The translations under genes and the position numbers were made by a program. A stretch of DNA of 64,000 bases. Origin: Phaeosaccion multiseriatum. Taxonomy: Eukaryota > Protista > Ochrophyta, other classes. This document shows positions 12,980 to 27,350 of this stretch, piece after piece. Every line of letters begins with the position of its first letter. Position 1 is the first letter of the stretch. The DNA lies in the NCBI GenBank assembly GCA_965112735.1, contig OZ218964.1:1984001-2048000 (forward strand). Reading direction: 5' to 3'. The notes below the pieces were generated by a model. That model saw only the letters and a list, made by a program, of their open reading frames with translations, ran no database searches and was not told the DNA's origin.

Positions 12980-14580
12980 ATCTGGCACATGGCTGGACCC
13001 AAAACCGGAATATGCGAGGAACACACACCCCAAACGAGGCAGTTGCTGGTCTTGATCTGCCCGCGCTGTGCGCTATTACAGCACAGTGGGCCTACCCAAC
13101 ACACTACATGCCCACAACGAAGCCGAGTCGGGCCTGGAGTGGCCTCAAAATGCCCAATCTGACCCTTGGCTGGAATCAAAACCAGCATTTGCGAAGTAAA
13201 CACACCCCAAACGAGGCAGTTGCTGGCCTTGATATGCCCACGCCGGGCACTGGCTCAGCGCAACAGGCCTAACCAACACACTACAGGGCCACAACGAAGC
13301 CGAGTCGGGCATGGAGTGGCCTCAAAATGCCCAATCTGACCCTTGGCTGGACCCAAAACCAGCATTTGCGAAGTAAACACACCCCAAACGAGGCAGTTGC
13401 TGGCCTTGATATGCCCGCGCCGGGCACTGGCTCTGCACAATAGGCCTAACCAACACACTACATGCCCATAACAAAGCCAAGCCGGGCATGGAGTGACCTC
13501 AAAAATGCCCAATCTGACCCTTGGCTGGACCCAAAACCGGAATTTGCCAGACACGAACACCTCAAACGAGGCAGTTGCTGGTCTTGATCTGCCCGCGCTG
13601 TGCGCTACTACAGCACAGTGGGCCTACCCGACACACTACGACGCCACAACGAAGCCAAGTCGGGCATGGAGTGGCCTCAAAATGCCCAATCTGGCACATG
13701 GCTGGACCCAAAACCGGAATTTGCGAGGAACACACACCCCAAACGAGGCAGTTGCTGGTCTTGGTCTGCCCGCGCTGTGCGCTATTACAGCACAGTGGGC
13801 CTACCCAACACACTACGACGCCACAACGAAGCCAAGTCGGGCATGGAGTGGCCTCAAAATGCCCAATCTGGCCCTTGCATGGCTGGACCTAAATTCAGCA
13901 TTTATTAGGTAAAGACAACCCAAACCAGGCAGTTGCTGGCCTCGATATGCCCGCGCGGGGTGCTAGCTTCACTCTAATGGCCCAACCAACACACTGCATC
14001 CCCACAACGAAGCCGAGTCAGGCCTGGAGTGGCCTCAAAATGCCCAATGTGGCCCTCGGCTGGACACAAAATCGGTATTTGCAAGGCACAAACACCCCAA
14101 ACGAGGCAGTTGCTGAGCTCGATATGCCCGCGCTATGCACTAGATCAGCGCAACAGGCCTAACCAACACACTACAGGGCCACAACGAAGCCGAGTCGGGC
14201 ATGGAGTGGCCTCAAAATGCCCAATCTGACCCTTGGCTGGACCCAAAACCAGCATTTTGCGAAGTAAACACACCCCAAACGAGGCAGTTGCTGGCCTTGA
14301 TATGCCCGCGCCGGGCACTGGCTCTGCACAATAGGCCTAACCAACACACTACATGCCCACAACGAAGCCAAGTCGGGCATAGAATGGCCTCAAAACGCGC
14401 AATCTGACCCTTGGCTGGACCCAAAACCGGAATTTGCCAGACACAAACACCTCAAACGAGGCAGTTGCTGGTCTTGATCTGCCCGCGCCGGGCACTGGCT
14501 CAGCACAACAGGCCTAACCAACACACTACATGCCCACAACGAAGCCAAGTCGGGCATAGAATGGCCTCAAAATGCCCAAT

Positions 14581-15101
14581 AAAAGAAAAAACCTTTGGCT
14601 AGACGAGAGCACAATCTTGCTAGCGGGTCAGGCCAAGGTTCTCAAACTTCTACTAGATGCGTGTGCGTAGCGCAAGCCCTTGCGACAGTTAGCATTGGGG
14701 GCACCTCTTGTGTTTGCGACAGTTAGCATGACACAGGTAAGCACACAGCATCCTCACCCTCACAAGGGAAGCAGTCGGGCCCTACTGCAATCCTTGCTTT
14801 CCTACACCACAGTCTCTACTCTCCTCCCTGCTTGCACACACCCCCGCGTACCTGCTCTCGATCTCCTTCAATCACGGTAGGGTGGTGAGTACAGCAGGGC
14901 TCCTCCTCTTCTGAGCTCCTCGAGCAGCAGAAAACACTGCTTCCATCTGCTACCATATATATTTCTATCCTAAAAACCCCCCTCGGGGTCCACACACGCA
15001 CCCACCCTCCACACCCTACCCCTCGGCTCTCAAGACCCTGTTTATCCGTCGACTCCACTCTGCGAGAACAGAACTTCCGTGGCTCCGCTGCTGAAGCAGC
15101 G
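14581..15101 (-). mobile_element. 521-bp A-like relic, copy 2
   Basis: Essentially identical to 12459-12979, with the same flanks. Confidence 0.75.
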
Positions 15102-16701
15102 ATCTGGCACATGGCTGGACCCAAAACCGGAATATGCGAGGAACACACACCCCAAACAAGGCAGTTGCTGGTCTTGATCTGCCCGCGCTGTGCGCTATTA
15201 CAGCACAGTGGGCCTACCCAACACACTACATGCCCACAACGAAGCCGAGTCGGGCCTGGAGTGGCCTCAAAATGCCCAATCTGACCCTTGGCTGGAATCA
15301 AAACCAGCATTTGCGAAGTAAACACACCCCAAACGAGGCAGTTGCTGGCCTTGATATGCCCACGCCGGGCACTGGCTCAGCGCAACAGGCCTAACCAACA
15401 CACTACAGGGCCACAACGAAGCCGAGTCGGGCATGGAGTGGCCTCAAAATGCCCAATCTGACCCTTGGCTGGACCCAAAACCAGCATTTGCGAAGTAAAC
15501 ACACCCCAAACGAGGCAGTTGCTGGCCTTGATATGCCCGCGCCGGGCACTGGCTCTGCACAATAGGCCTAACCAACACACTACATGCCCATAACAAAGCC
15601 AAGCCGGGCATGGAGTGACCTCAAAATGCCCAATCTGACCCTTGGCTGGACCCAAAACCGGAATTTGCCAGACACGAACACCTCAAACGAGGCAGTTGCT
15701 GGTCTTGATCTGCCCGCGCTGTGCGCTACTACAGCACAGTGGGCCTACCCGACACACTACGACGCCACAACGAAGCCAAGTCGGGCATGGAGTGGCCTCA
15801 AAATGCCCAATCTGGCACATGGCTGGACCCAAAACCGGAATTTGCGAGGAACACACACCCCAAACGAGGCAGTTGCTGGTCTTGGTCTGCCCGCGCTGTG
15901 CGCTATTACAGCACAGTGGGCCTACCCAACACACTACGACGCCACAACGAAGCCAAGTCGGGCATGGAGTGGCCTCAAAATGCCCAATCTGGCCCTTGCA
16001 TGGCTGGACCTAAATTCAGCATTTATTAGGTAAAGACAACCCAAACCAGGCAGTTGCTGGCCTCGATATGCCCGCGCGGGGTGCTAGCTTCACTCTAATG
16101 GCCCAACCAACACACTGCATCCCCACAACGAAGCCGAGTCAGGCCTGGAGTGGCCTCAAAATGCCCAATGTGGCCCTCGGCTGGACACAAAATCGGTATT
16201 TGCAAGGCACAAACACCCCAAACGAGGCAGTTGCTGAGCTCGATATGCCCGCGCTATGCACTAGATCAGCGCAACAGGCCTAACCAACACACTACAGGGC
16301 CACAACGAAGCCGAGTCGGGCATGGAGTGGCCTCAAAATGCCCAATCTGACCCTTGGCTGGACCCAAAACCAGCATTTTGCGAAGTAAACACACCCCAAA
16401 CGAGGCAGTTGCTGGCCTTGATATGCCCGCGCCGGGCACTGGCTCTGCACAATAGGCCTAACCAACACACTACATGCCCACAACGAAGCCAAGTCGGGCA
16501 TAGAATGGCCTCAAAACGCGCAATCTGACCCTTGGCTGGACCCAAAACCGGAATTTGCCAGACACAAACACCTCAAACGAGGCAGTTGCTGGTCTTGATC
16601 TGCCCGCGCCGGGCACTGGCTCAGCACAACAGGCCTAACCAACACACTACATGCCCACAACGAAGCCAAGTCGGGCATAGAATGGCCTCAAAATGCCCAA
16701 T

Positions 16702-17223
16702 AAAAGAAAAAACCTTTGGCTAGACGAGAGCACAATCTTGCTAGCGGGTCAGGCCAAGGTTCTCAAACTTCTACTAGATGCGTGTGCGTAGCGCAAGCCC
16801 TTGCGACAGTTAGCATTGGGGGCACCTCTTGTGTTTGCGACAGTTAGCATGACACAGGTAAGCACACAGCATCCTCACCCTCACAAGGGAAGCAGTCGGG
16901 CCCTACTGCAATCCTTGCTTTCCTACACCACAGTCTCTACTCTCCTCCCTGCTTGCACACACCCCCGCGTACCTGCTCTCGATCTCCTTCAATCACGGTA
17001 GGGTGGTGAGTACAGCAGGGCTCCTCCTCTTCTGAGCTCCTCGAGCAGCAGAAAACACTGCTTCCATCTGCTACCATATATATTTCTATCCTAAAAACCC
17101 CCCTCGGGGTCCACACACGCACCCACCCTCCACACCCTACCCCTCGGCTCTCAAGACCCTGTTTATCCGTCGACTCCCACTCTGCGAGAACAGAACTTCC
17201 GTGGCTCCGCTGCTGAAGCAGCG
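16702..17223 (-). mobile_element. 521-bp A-like relic, copy 3
   Basis: Essentially identical to copy 1, with the same flanks. Confidence 0.75.
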
Positions 17224-18823
17224 ATCTGGCACATGGCTGGACCCAAAACCGGAATATGCGAGGAAACACACACCCCAAACAAGGCAGTTGCTGGTCTTGA
17301 TCTGCCCGCGCTGTGCGCTATTACAGCACAGTGGGCCTACCCAACACACTACATGCCCACAACGAAGCCGAGTCGGGCCTGGAGTGGCCTCAAAATGCCC
17401 AATCTGACCCTTGGCTGGAATCAAAACCAGCATTTGCGAAGTAAACACACCCCAAACGAGGCAGTTGCTGGCCTTGATATGCCCACGCCGGGCACTGGCT
17501 CAGCGCAACAGGCCTAACCAACACACTACAGGGCCACAACGAAGCCGAGTCGGGCATGGAGTGGCCTCAAAATGCCCAATCTGACCCTTGGCTGGACCCA
17601 AAACCAGCATTTGCGAAGTAAACACACCCCAAACGAGGCAGTTGCTGGCCTTGATATGCCCGCGCCGGGCACTGGCTCTGCACAATAGGCCTAACCAACA
17701 CACTACATGCCCATAACAAAGCCAAGCCGGGCATGGAGTGACCTCAAAATGCCCAATCTGACCCTTGGCTGGACCCAAAACCGGAATTTGCCAGACACGA
17801 ACACCTCAAACGAGGCAGTTGCTGGTCTTGATCTGCCCGCGCTGTGCGCTACTACAGCACAGTGGGCCTACCCGACACACTACGACGCCACAACGAAGCC
17901 AAGTCGGGCATGGAGTGGCCTCAAAATGCCCAATCTGGCACATGGCTGGACCCAAAACCGGAATTTGCGAGGAACACACACCCCAAACGAGGCAGTTGCT
18001 GGTCTTGGTCTGCCCGCGCTGTGCGCTATTACAGCACAGTGGGCCTACCCAACACACTACGACGCCACAACGAAGCCAAGTCGGGCATGGAGTGGCCTCA
18101 AAATGCCCAATCTGGCCCTTGCATGGCTGGACCTAAATTCAGCATTTATTAGGTAAAGACAACCCAAACCAGGCAGTTGCTGGCCTCGATATGCCCGCGC
18201 GGGGTGCTAGCTTCACTCTAATGGCCCAACCAACACACTGCATCCCCACAACGAAGCCGAGTCAGGCCTGGAGTGGCCTCAAAATGCCCAATGTGGCCCT
18301 CGGCTGGACACAAAATCGGTATTTGCAAGGCACAAACACCCCAAACGAGGCAGTTGCTGAGCTCGATATGCCCGCGCTATGCACTAGATCAGCGCAACAG
18401 GCCTAACCAACACACTACAGGGCCACAACGAAGCCGAGTCGGGCATGGAGTGGCCTCAAAATGCCCAATCTGACCCTTGGCTGGACCCAAAACCAGCATT
18501 TGCGAAGTAAACACACCCCAAACGAGGCAGTTGCTGGCCTTGATATGCCCGCGCCGGGCACTGGCTCTGCACAATAGGCCTAACCAACACACTACATGCC
18601 CACAACGAAGCCAAGTCGGGCATAGAATGGCCTCAAAACGCGCAATCTGACCCTTGGCTGGACCCAAAACCGGAATTTGCCAGACACAAACACCTCAAAC
18701 GAGGCAGTTGCTGGTCTTGATCTGCCCGCGCCGGGCACTGGCTCAGCACAACAGGCCTAACCAACACACTACATGCCCACAACGAAGCCAAGTCGGGCAT
18801 AGAATGGCCTCAAAATGCCCAAT

Positions 18824-19345
18824 AAAAGAAAAAACCTTTGGCTAGACGAGAGCACAATCTTGCTAGCGGGTCAGGCCAAGGTTCTCAAACTTCTACTAGA
18901 TGCGTGTGCGTAGCGCAAGCCCTTGCGACAGTTAGCATTGGGGGCACCTCTTGTGTTTGCGACAGTTAGCATGACACAGGTAAGCACACAGCATCCTCAC
19001 CCTCACAAGGGAAGCAGTCGGGCCCTACTGCAATCCTTGCTTTCCTACACCACAGTCTCTACTCTCCTCCCTGCTTGCACACACCCCCCGCGTACCTGCT
19101 CTCGATCTCCTTCAATCACGGTAGGGTGGTGAGTACAGCAGGGCTCCTCCTCTTCTGAGCTCCTCGAGCAGCAGAAAACACTGCTTCCATCTGCTACCAT
19201 ATATATTTCTATCCTAAAAACCCCCCTCGGGGTCCACACACGCACCCACCCTCCACACCCTACCCCTCGGCTCTCAAGACCCTGTTTATCCGTCGACTCC
19301 ACTCTGCGAGAACAGAACTTCCGTGGCTCCGCTGCTGAAGCAGCG
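18824..19345 (-). mobile_element. 521-bp A-like relic, copy 4
   Basis: Essentially identical to copy 1, with the same flanks. Confidence 0.75.
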
Positions 19346-20948
19346 ATCTGGCACATGGCTGGACCCAAAACCGGAATATGCGAGGAACACACACCCCAAA
19401 CAAGGCAGTTGCTGGTCTTGATCTGCCCGCGCTGTGCGCTATTACAGCACAGTGGGCCTACCCAACACACTACATGCCCACAACGAAGCCGAGTCGGGCC
19501 TGGAGTGGCCTCAAAAATGCCCAATCTGACCCTTGGCTGGAATCAAAACCAGCATTTGCGAAGTAAACACACCCCAAACGAGGCAGTTGCTGGCCTTGAT
19601 ATGCCCACGCCGGGCACTGGCTCAGCGCAACAGGCCTAAACCAACACACTACAGGGCCACAACGAAGCCGAGTCGGGCATGGAGTGGCCTCAAAATGCCC
19701 AATCTGACCCTTGGCTGGACCCAAAACCAGCATTTGCGAAGTAAACACACCCCAAACGAGGCAGTTGCTGGCCTTGATATGCCCGCGCCGGGCACTGGCT
19801 CTGCACAATAGGCCTAACCAACACACTACATGCCCATAACAAAGCCAAGCCGGGCATGGAGTGACCTCAAAAATGCCCAATCTGACCCTTGGCTGGACCC
19901 AAAACCGGAATTTGCCAGACACGAACACCTCAAACGAGGCAGTTGCTGGTCTTGATCTGCCCGCGCTGTGCGCTACTACAGCACAGTGGGCCTACCCGAC
20001 ACACTACGACGCCACAACGAAGCCAAGTCGGGCATGGAGTGGCCTCAAAATGCCCAATCTGGCACATGGCTGGACCCAAAACCGGAATTTGCGAGGAACA
20101 CACACCCCAAACGAGGCAGTTGCTGGTCTTGGTCTGCCCGCGCTGTGCGCTATTACAGCACAGTGGGCCTACCCAACACACTACGACGCCACAACGAAGC
20201 CAAGTCGGGCATGGAGTGGCCTCAAAATGCCCAATCTGGCCCTTGCATGGCTGGACCTAAATTCAGCATTTATTAGGTAAAGACAACCCAAACCAGGCAG
20301 TTGCTGGCCTCGATATGCCCGCGCGGGGTGCTAGCTTCACTCTAATGGCCCAACCAACACACTGCATCCCCACAACGAAGCCGAGTCAGGCCTGGAGTGG
20401 CCTCAAAATGCCCAATGTGGCCCTCGGCTGGACACAAAATCGGTATTTGCAAGGCACAAACACCCCAAACGAGGCAGTTGCTGAGCTCGATATGCCCGCG
20501 CTATGCACTAGATCAGCGCAACAGGCCTAACCAACACACTACAGGGCCACAACGAAGCCGAGTCGGGCATGGAGTGGCCTCAAAATGCCCAATCTGACCC
20601 TTGGCTGGACCCAAAACCAGCATTTTGCGAAGTAAACACACCCCAAACGAGGCAGTTGCTGGCCTTGATATGCCCGCGCCGGGCACTGGCTCTGCACAAT
20701 AGGCCTAACCAACACACTACATGCCCACAACGAAGCCAAGTCGGGCATAGAATGGCCTCAAAACGCGCAATCTGACCCTTGGCTGGACCCAAAACCGGAA
20801 TTTGCCAGACACAAACACCTCAAACGAGGCAGTTGCTGGTCTTGATCTGCCCGCGCCGGGCACTGGCTCAGCACAACAGGCCTAACCAACACACTACATG
20901 CCCACAACGAAGCCAAGTCGGGCATAGAATGGCCTCAAAATGCCCAAT

Positions 20949-21469
20949 AAAAGAAAAAACCTTTGGCTAGACGAGAGCACAATCTTGCTAGCGGGTCAGG
21001 CCAAGGTTCTCAAACTTCTACTAGATGCGTGTGCGTAGCGCAAGCCCTTGCGACAGTTAGCATTGGGGGCACCTCTTGTGTTTGCGACAGTTAGCATGAC
21101 ACAGGTAAGCACACAGCATCCTCACCCTCACAAGGGAAGCAGTCGGGCCCTACTGCAATCCTTGCTTTCCTACACCACAGTCTCTACTCTCCTCCCTGCT
21201 TGCACACACCCCCGCGTACCTGCTCTCGATCTCCTTCAATCACGGTAGGGTGGTGAGTACAGCAGGGCTCCTCCTCTTCTGAGCTCCTCGAGCAGCAGAA
21301 AACACTGCTTCCATCTGCTACCATATATATTTCTATCCTAAAAACCCCCCTCGGGGTCCACACACGCACCCACCCTCCACACCCTACCCCTCGGCTCTCA
21401 AGACCCTGTTTATCCGTCGACTCCACTCTGCGAGAACAGAACTTCCGTGGCTCCGCTGCTGAAGCAGCG
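20949..21469 (-). mobile_element. 521-bp A-like relic, copy 5
   Basis: Essentially identical to copy 1, with the same flanks. Confidence 0.75.
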
Positions 21470-21679
21470 ATCTGGCACATGGCTGGACCCAAAACCGGAA
21501 TATGCGAGGAACACACACCCCAAACAAGGCAGTTGCTGGTCTTGATCTGCCCGCGCTGTGCGCTATTACAGCACAGTGGGCCTACCCAACACACTACATG
21601 CCCACAACGAAGCCGAGTCGGGCCTGGAGTGGCCTCAAAATGCCCAATCTGACCCTTGGCTGGAATCAAAACCAGCATT

Positions 21680-24600
21680 CGCGCCGTCGCGGCGCTCGGG
21701 CGAAGGTGGGAAGCCAGTGGGAGGCCTCCTCCCTTCAGTCGTAGGCGAGGGCCCGGGAGATGTCCGACTCCCGCTCCAAGGCGTCGCAGTATGCAAGCTG
21801 AGGACTATCCACATCCACGCCGTAGCCGGCTGTTCGAGGCCAAGAGGAATAGGGCTGGGCTCCCAAGTGGCCACCTGCTCCGCAGGTGGAGAGGTCGTGG
21901 ACCAGGGGTAGCTAACGTTGGGGGAAGGACTCATCATTAGTAGGGGGGGGCAGTCCCGTGAGGGACTCCCACCTTGGGAGCGCAGAGCGCCTCCAAGGGG
22001 GCCGCCTCCATGGAGGGAGGCGGGCACCGGGTTTCGGATGTAGTGGAGCTTGGGGTGCCACCGCAGTGAGCACCCCAAGTCCCGCTTCACCCCCATAATG
22101 TATGAGTATCTAAAACTAAAACTAAGACTGAGGGTGGGTGGGTGGGAAAGAAAAGAAGAGTTCCGGCACTCAACACCGTGGACACTGTCGGCACTCAACA
22201 CCAGACACAGTCTCCCTATCTCTCCTTCCCTCGCCCACGAGGACCCCGGTACTCAACACCAGGCGGGTCCCCTTGGCCGACACAAGCGCTCTGTCCGGGC
22301 CCAGGACAAGAGGCTCGCTTTCCACCACACCAGTATCTACTCTCCTCCTTGACAGTGTGCTCCACTCTTCCTGGGCTCTGTCTCCGCCGCCTCAGTAAGT
22401 GACAGCACACGCCAAGGTCTCTCCTCTTCTGAAAAATCTAAATTCCCTGCTTCACTGACATACTGTACATCTCCCCAGAGGGGACCCCCCCCCTTGGGGC
22501 GGTACCAAGCACCTACGCTGACGCTTCGCCCTGCTGGCTCCCATGTCTCCCACCTCTTCCTCGTCTCTGTTCCGCGAGAAACAAAGTTCCGTTGCTGCGC
22601 TGCTGAACAGGCTTTCGCGCCGTCGCGGCGCTCGGGCGAGGTGGGAAGCCAGTGGGAGGCCTCCTCCCTTCAGTCGTAGGCGAGGGCCCGGGAGATGTCC
22701 GACTCCCGCTCCAAGGCGTCGCAGTATGCAAGCTGAGGACTATCCACATCCACGCCGTAGCCGGCTGTTCGAGGCCAAGAGGAATAGGGCTGGGCTCCCA
22801 AGTGGCCACCTGCTCCGCAGGTGGAGAGGTCGTGGACCAGGGGTAGCTAACGTTGGGGGAAGGACTCATCATTAGTAGGGGGGGGCAGTCCCGTGAGGGA
22901 CTCCCACCTTGGGAGCGCAGAGCGCCTCCAAGGGGGCCGCCTCCATGGAGGGAGGCGGGCACCGGGTTTCGGATGTAGTGGAGCTTGGGGTGCCACCGCA
23001 GTGAGCACCCCAAGTCCCGCTTCACCCCCACCCATCCGAGTACCCACCGGTGCGCTGCGAGGGTGCAGCAGCACCTGCCCCAGCCTAGTCGAGAGCCCAC
23101 TCTCCCGATCGTAGTCGGCCGGTACACAAAACACAAAGATACACAAACATTCATACGCACACAGACATAATAATACACATACAGGGGCAACAGTAGACAC
23201 AGACGCACACCAGTACACACACACATACAAACACCCGCCGCGTGTACCGGTGTAGGGCTGCTGGTGCTGTTGCCAAGGGCTGCGCTCCCCGCTGCTGGGG
23301 GAGGAATGATGGCGAGGGAGGAGCCGCTGGTGTCGCCACGGGCAGAGTCAGTGTCCTTTGAAGAGGTCCCTTCGCACGCCCCCTGCTGACCATCACACAC
23401 CCCCCACTCGCTTGGGATGGTGTGCGGGGGGGGGGGCGAGCCACTGAGCGAAATACACTGCGCAGTCCTCTGGCACGGCGGGTGGAAGCAGCAAGGCGCG
23501 CCCAAACCAGCAAATTCGGATTCTTTTCGGAGTCACAGATCCAAAGGTGTCCATATATCCAACCCCTGTAGAAAAGCCGAAAATGCCCTCACAGGAGCGC
23601 TCATGTTTTCCGCTCCAAGCTCTTCGAACATCAACTCGTAGAAGTTACCCTTCTGCACACGCCGTACCAAGACCACTCTGCTGCGATTCCAACCGTCCGC
23701 CGTGGACTTCCGCTGTACCAGCTGAGCAATACAGCGAATGCCAAACACCTCGGTGCTGCGGGCCCGAAAAATGAACAAGTCCAATATCTCAAGCGCGGCC
23801 GCACCAATCCCTCGACCACCGAGCACGATAGCAAGAGGGTAGTCCATCCATACTACCGGAAGTAAGTCGTGCAAGGAGAGCGAGCCACAAGCCCTGTTCT
23901 CTCCCATCCTCCATGTTCACACCGCTCACGAGCCCCAACGCCGAAAAAACCATCACCTTCTCTTCTGCATCACAGGCAGGCCCCGACTTCCACTCCATAG
24001 CTGTTGTGAACGACCAAACATCATGCTTCCGCCGTCCATTACAGATAAGTAGCCAGATTGCTCAATGCCCCAATTTCCTTCAGCACCGGACGACGTACAT
24101 CGCCGTACACTCCGTAGACGGTCACCAAACGCTGCCGTACCTCCCGAAATGCGAGTACCGTACACTCCCAATGCCGCCTTCCAATTCTCAATTCTCCCTC
24201 GTATGCTGTGCCTCTCTTGTCGCCCATCGGTTCGCTGTTATGGCCACAGGTCCCATATCCGCTCCACACGCAAACTCGAGGCGCCAACCACGATCAAAGG
24301 GCTCTCCGGTTCCTTCCAACAGCCCGAATAGCTGCCTTCGCATCCATGCTGCCACCTTTGACGCTGGTACTAACCGCCTTGCGGTTGCTGTTTGTCCTGA
24401 GAGCTGAGCCTCCATCGGACCCCCCCCCTCCCCCTCCCATGCGTTCGAGATGGTGAGGGAGGTACAGCTGTAGTCCGTCTCCTTCCCTTCGCCGCTCCTC
24501 GGCCCGATATGTCTCTCGGATGTAGCTGCCGGAGGTGAGCCGTGCGAGCTCCCGTATCGAAGGTCAGCTACGCCCCCACCCATCCAGAGAGACTGCAGGC

Positions 24601-25791
24601 AAGCTCAGTGGCGACCAGCACGCCTCCTTCTGGCCATACTGCTGTTGTAGGGGGGAGACACTCCAACAACAAGGGAGGTACACTTAAACACGCAGACGTA
24701 CACAAACATTCACAGGCACACAGATATAGACAAAGGCACAATACAGGGACACCAGCACCCACAAACGCACACTAGCACACACAGACGCAGACCAGCACAC
24801 ACAGATACAAACACACATCGTGTGTAGGGGCAGTGACCACGGCTGCTGTTGCCTAGGACTGCCCCGCCCGCCGCTGAGGGCCGGAATGGCGAGGGATGAG
24901 CCGCTGTTGTCACCGCGCGCAGAGCCAGCCTCCTTTGCGGAGGAGGCGCATATTCGCACGCCAAACACAGGAAATACGCACCCTACACACAGAAACACCG
25001 TCTGGACATACACACACAAACATACAGACAAACACCTGGAAGAGCTAAGGGGCCTGCCGTCACCCGGGAGCCCCTTTCGTCTCGTAAAAAGACAAAAAAT
25101 GCCGTGGACCACACCCCCCAAACCTTGGGCCACGGGAGAGAGGAGAGGGCGGAGAGATGAGTAGGGCGTCGGCCTCAACACCGGACGCGGATCCTACGGC
25201 GATACCAGCAAGGAAGAAAGGGCGAAGAGGGCAAAAGGCGCCGGCACTCAACACCGGGGAGGCGGTCGGCACTCAACACCAGACACCGTTCCTAAGCCGT
25301 AGAGCCCCACAACACCGGCAAAGGGAAAGAAAAGAAGAGTTCCGGCACTCAACACCGTGGACACTGTCGGCACTCAACACCAGACACAGTCTCCCTATCT
25401 CTCCTTCCCTCGCCCACGAGGACCCCGGTACTCAACACCAGGCGGGTCCCCTTGGCCGACACAAGCGCTCTGTCCGGGCCCAGGACAAGAGGCTCGCTTT
25501 CCACCACACCAGTATCTACTCTCCTCCTTGACAGTGTGCTCCACTCTTCCTGGGCTCTGTCTCCGCCGCCTCAGTAAGTGACAGCACACGCCAAGGTCTC
25601 TCCTCTTCTGAAAAATCTAAATTCCCTGCTTCACTGACATACTGTACATCTCCCCAGAGGGGACCCCCCCCCTTGGGGCGGTACCAAGCACCTACGCTGA
25701 CGCTTCGCCCTGCTGGCTCCCATGTCTCCCACCTCTTCCTCGTCTCTGTTCCGCGAGAAACAAAGTTCCGTTGCTGCGCTGCTGAACAGGC
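21680..25791 (-). mobile_element. Complete non-autonomous Ngaro-like element NA-2 (~4.1 kb; A1-internal-B1-A2-spacer-B2)
   Basis: B2 21680-22094, A2 22144-22612, ttt, B1 22616-23029, A1 25323-25791. The satellite rejoins across the ends (accagc att | ttt tgcgaa) with no classical TSD. Confidence 0.95.
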
Positions 25792-26829
25792 TTTTGCGAA
25801 GTAAACACACCCCAAACGAGGCAGTTGCTGGCCTTGATATGCCCACGCCGGGCACTGGCTCAGCGCAACAGGCCTAACCAACACACTACAGGGCCACAAC
25901 GAAGCCGAGTCGGGCATGGAGTGGCCTCAAAATGCCCAATCTGACCCTTGGCTGGACCCAAAACCAGCATTTGCGAAGTAAACACACCCCAAACGAGGCA
26001 GTTGCTGGCCTTGATATGCCCGCGCTGTGCGCTATTACAGCACAGTGGGCCTACCCAACACACTACGACGCCACAACGAAGCCAAGTCGGGCATGGAGTG
26101 GCCTCAAAATGCCCAATCTGGCCCTTGCATGGCTGGACCTAAATTCAGCATTTATTAGGTAAAGACAACCCAAACCAGGCAGTTGCTGGCCTCGATATGC
26201 CCGCGCGGGGTGCTAGCTTCACTCTAATGGCCCAACCAACACACTGCATCCCCACAACGAAGCCGAGTCAGGCCTGGAGTGGCCTCAAAATGCCCAATGT
26301 GGCCCTCGGCTGGACACAAAATCGGTATTTGCAAGGCACAAACACCCCAAACGAGGCAGTTGCTGAGCTCGATATGCCCGCGCTATGCACTAGATCAGCG
26401 CAACAGGCCTAACCAACACACTACATCCCCACAACGAAGCCGAGTCGGGCATGGAGTGGCCTCAAAATGCCCAATCTGACCCTTGGCTGGACCCAAAACC
26501 AGCATTTGCGAAGTAAACACACCCCAAACGAGGCAGTTGCTGGCCTTGATATGCCCGCGCCGGGCACTGGCTCTGCACAATAGGCCTAACCAACACACTA
26601 CATGCCCACAACGAAGCCAAGTCGGGCATAGAATGGCCTCAAAACGCGCAATCTGACCCTTGGCTGGACCCAAAACCGGAATTTGCCAGACACAAACACC
26701 TCAAACGAGGCAGTTGCTGGTCTTGATCTGCCCGCGCCGGGCACTGGCTCAGCACAACAGGCCTAACCAACACACTACATGCCCACAACGAAGCCAAGTC
26801 GGGCATAGAATGGCCTCAAAATGCCCAAT

Positions 26830-27350
26830 AAAAGAAAAAACCTTTGGCTAGACGAGAGCACAATCTTGCTAGCGGGTCAGGCCAAGGTTCTCAAACTTCT
26901 ACTAGATGCGTGTGCGTAGCGCAAGCCCTTGCGACAGTTAGCATTGGGGGCACCTCTTGTGTTTGCGACAGTTAGCATGACACAGGTAAGCACACAGCAT
27001 CCTCACCCTCACAAGGGAAGCAGTCGGGCCCTACTGCAATCCTTGCTTTCCTACACCACAGTCTCTACTCTCCTCCCTGCTTGCACACACCCCCGCGTAC
27101 CTGCTCTCGATCTCCTTCAATCACGGTAGGGTGGTGAGTACAGCAGGGCTCCTCCTCTTCTGAGCTCCTCGAGCAGCAGAAAACACTGCTTCCATCTGCT
27201 ACCATATATATTTCTATCCTAAAAACCCCCCTCGGGGTCCACACACGCACCCACCCTCCACACCCTACCCCTCGGCTCTCAAGACCCTGTTTATCCGTCG
27301 ACTCCACTCTGCGAGAACAGAACTTCCGTGGCTCCGCTGCTGAAGCAGCG
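26830..27350 (-). mobile_element. 521-bp A-like relic, copy 6
   Basis: Essentially identical to copy 1, with the same flanks. Confidence 0.75.

Noticed and set aside
13495-19880. Single-base homopolymer indels distinguishing HOR copies
   Set aside because: They are confined to homopolymer runs in near-identical repeats and cannot be distinguished from long-read consensus errors.
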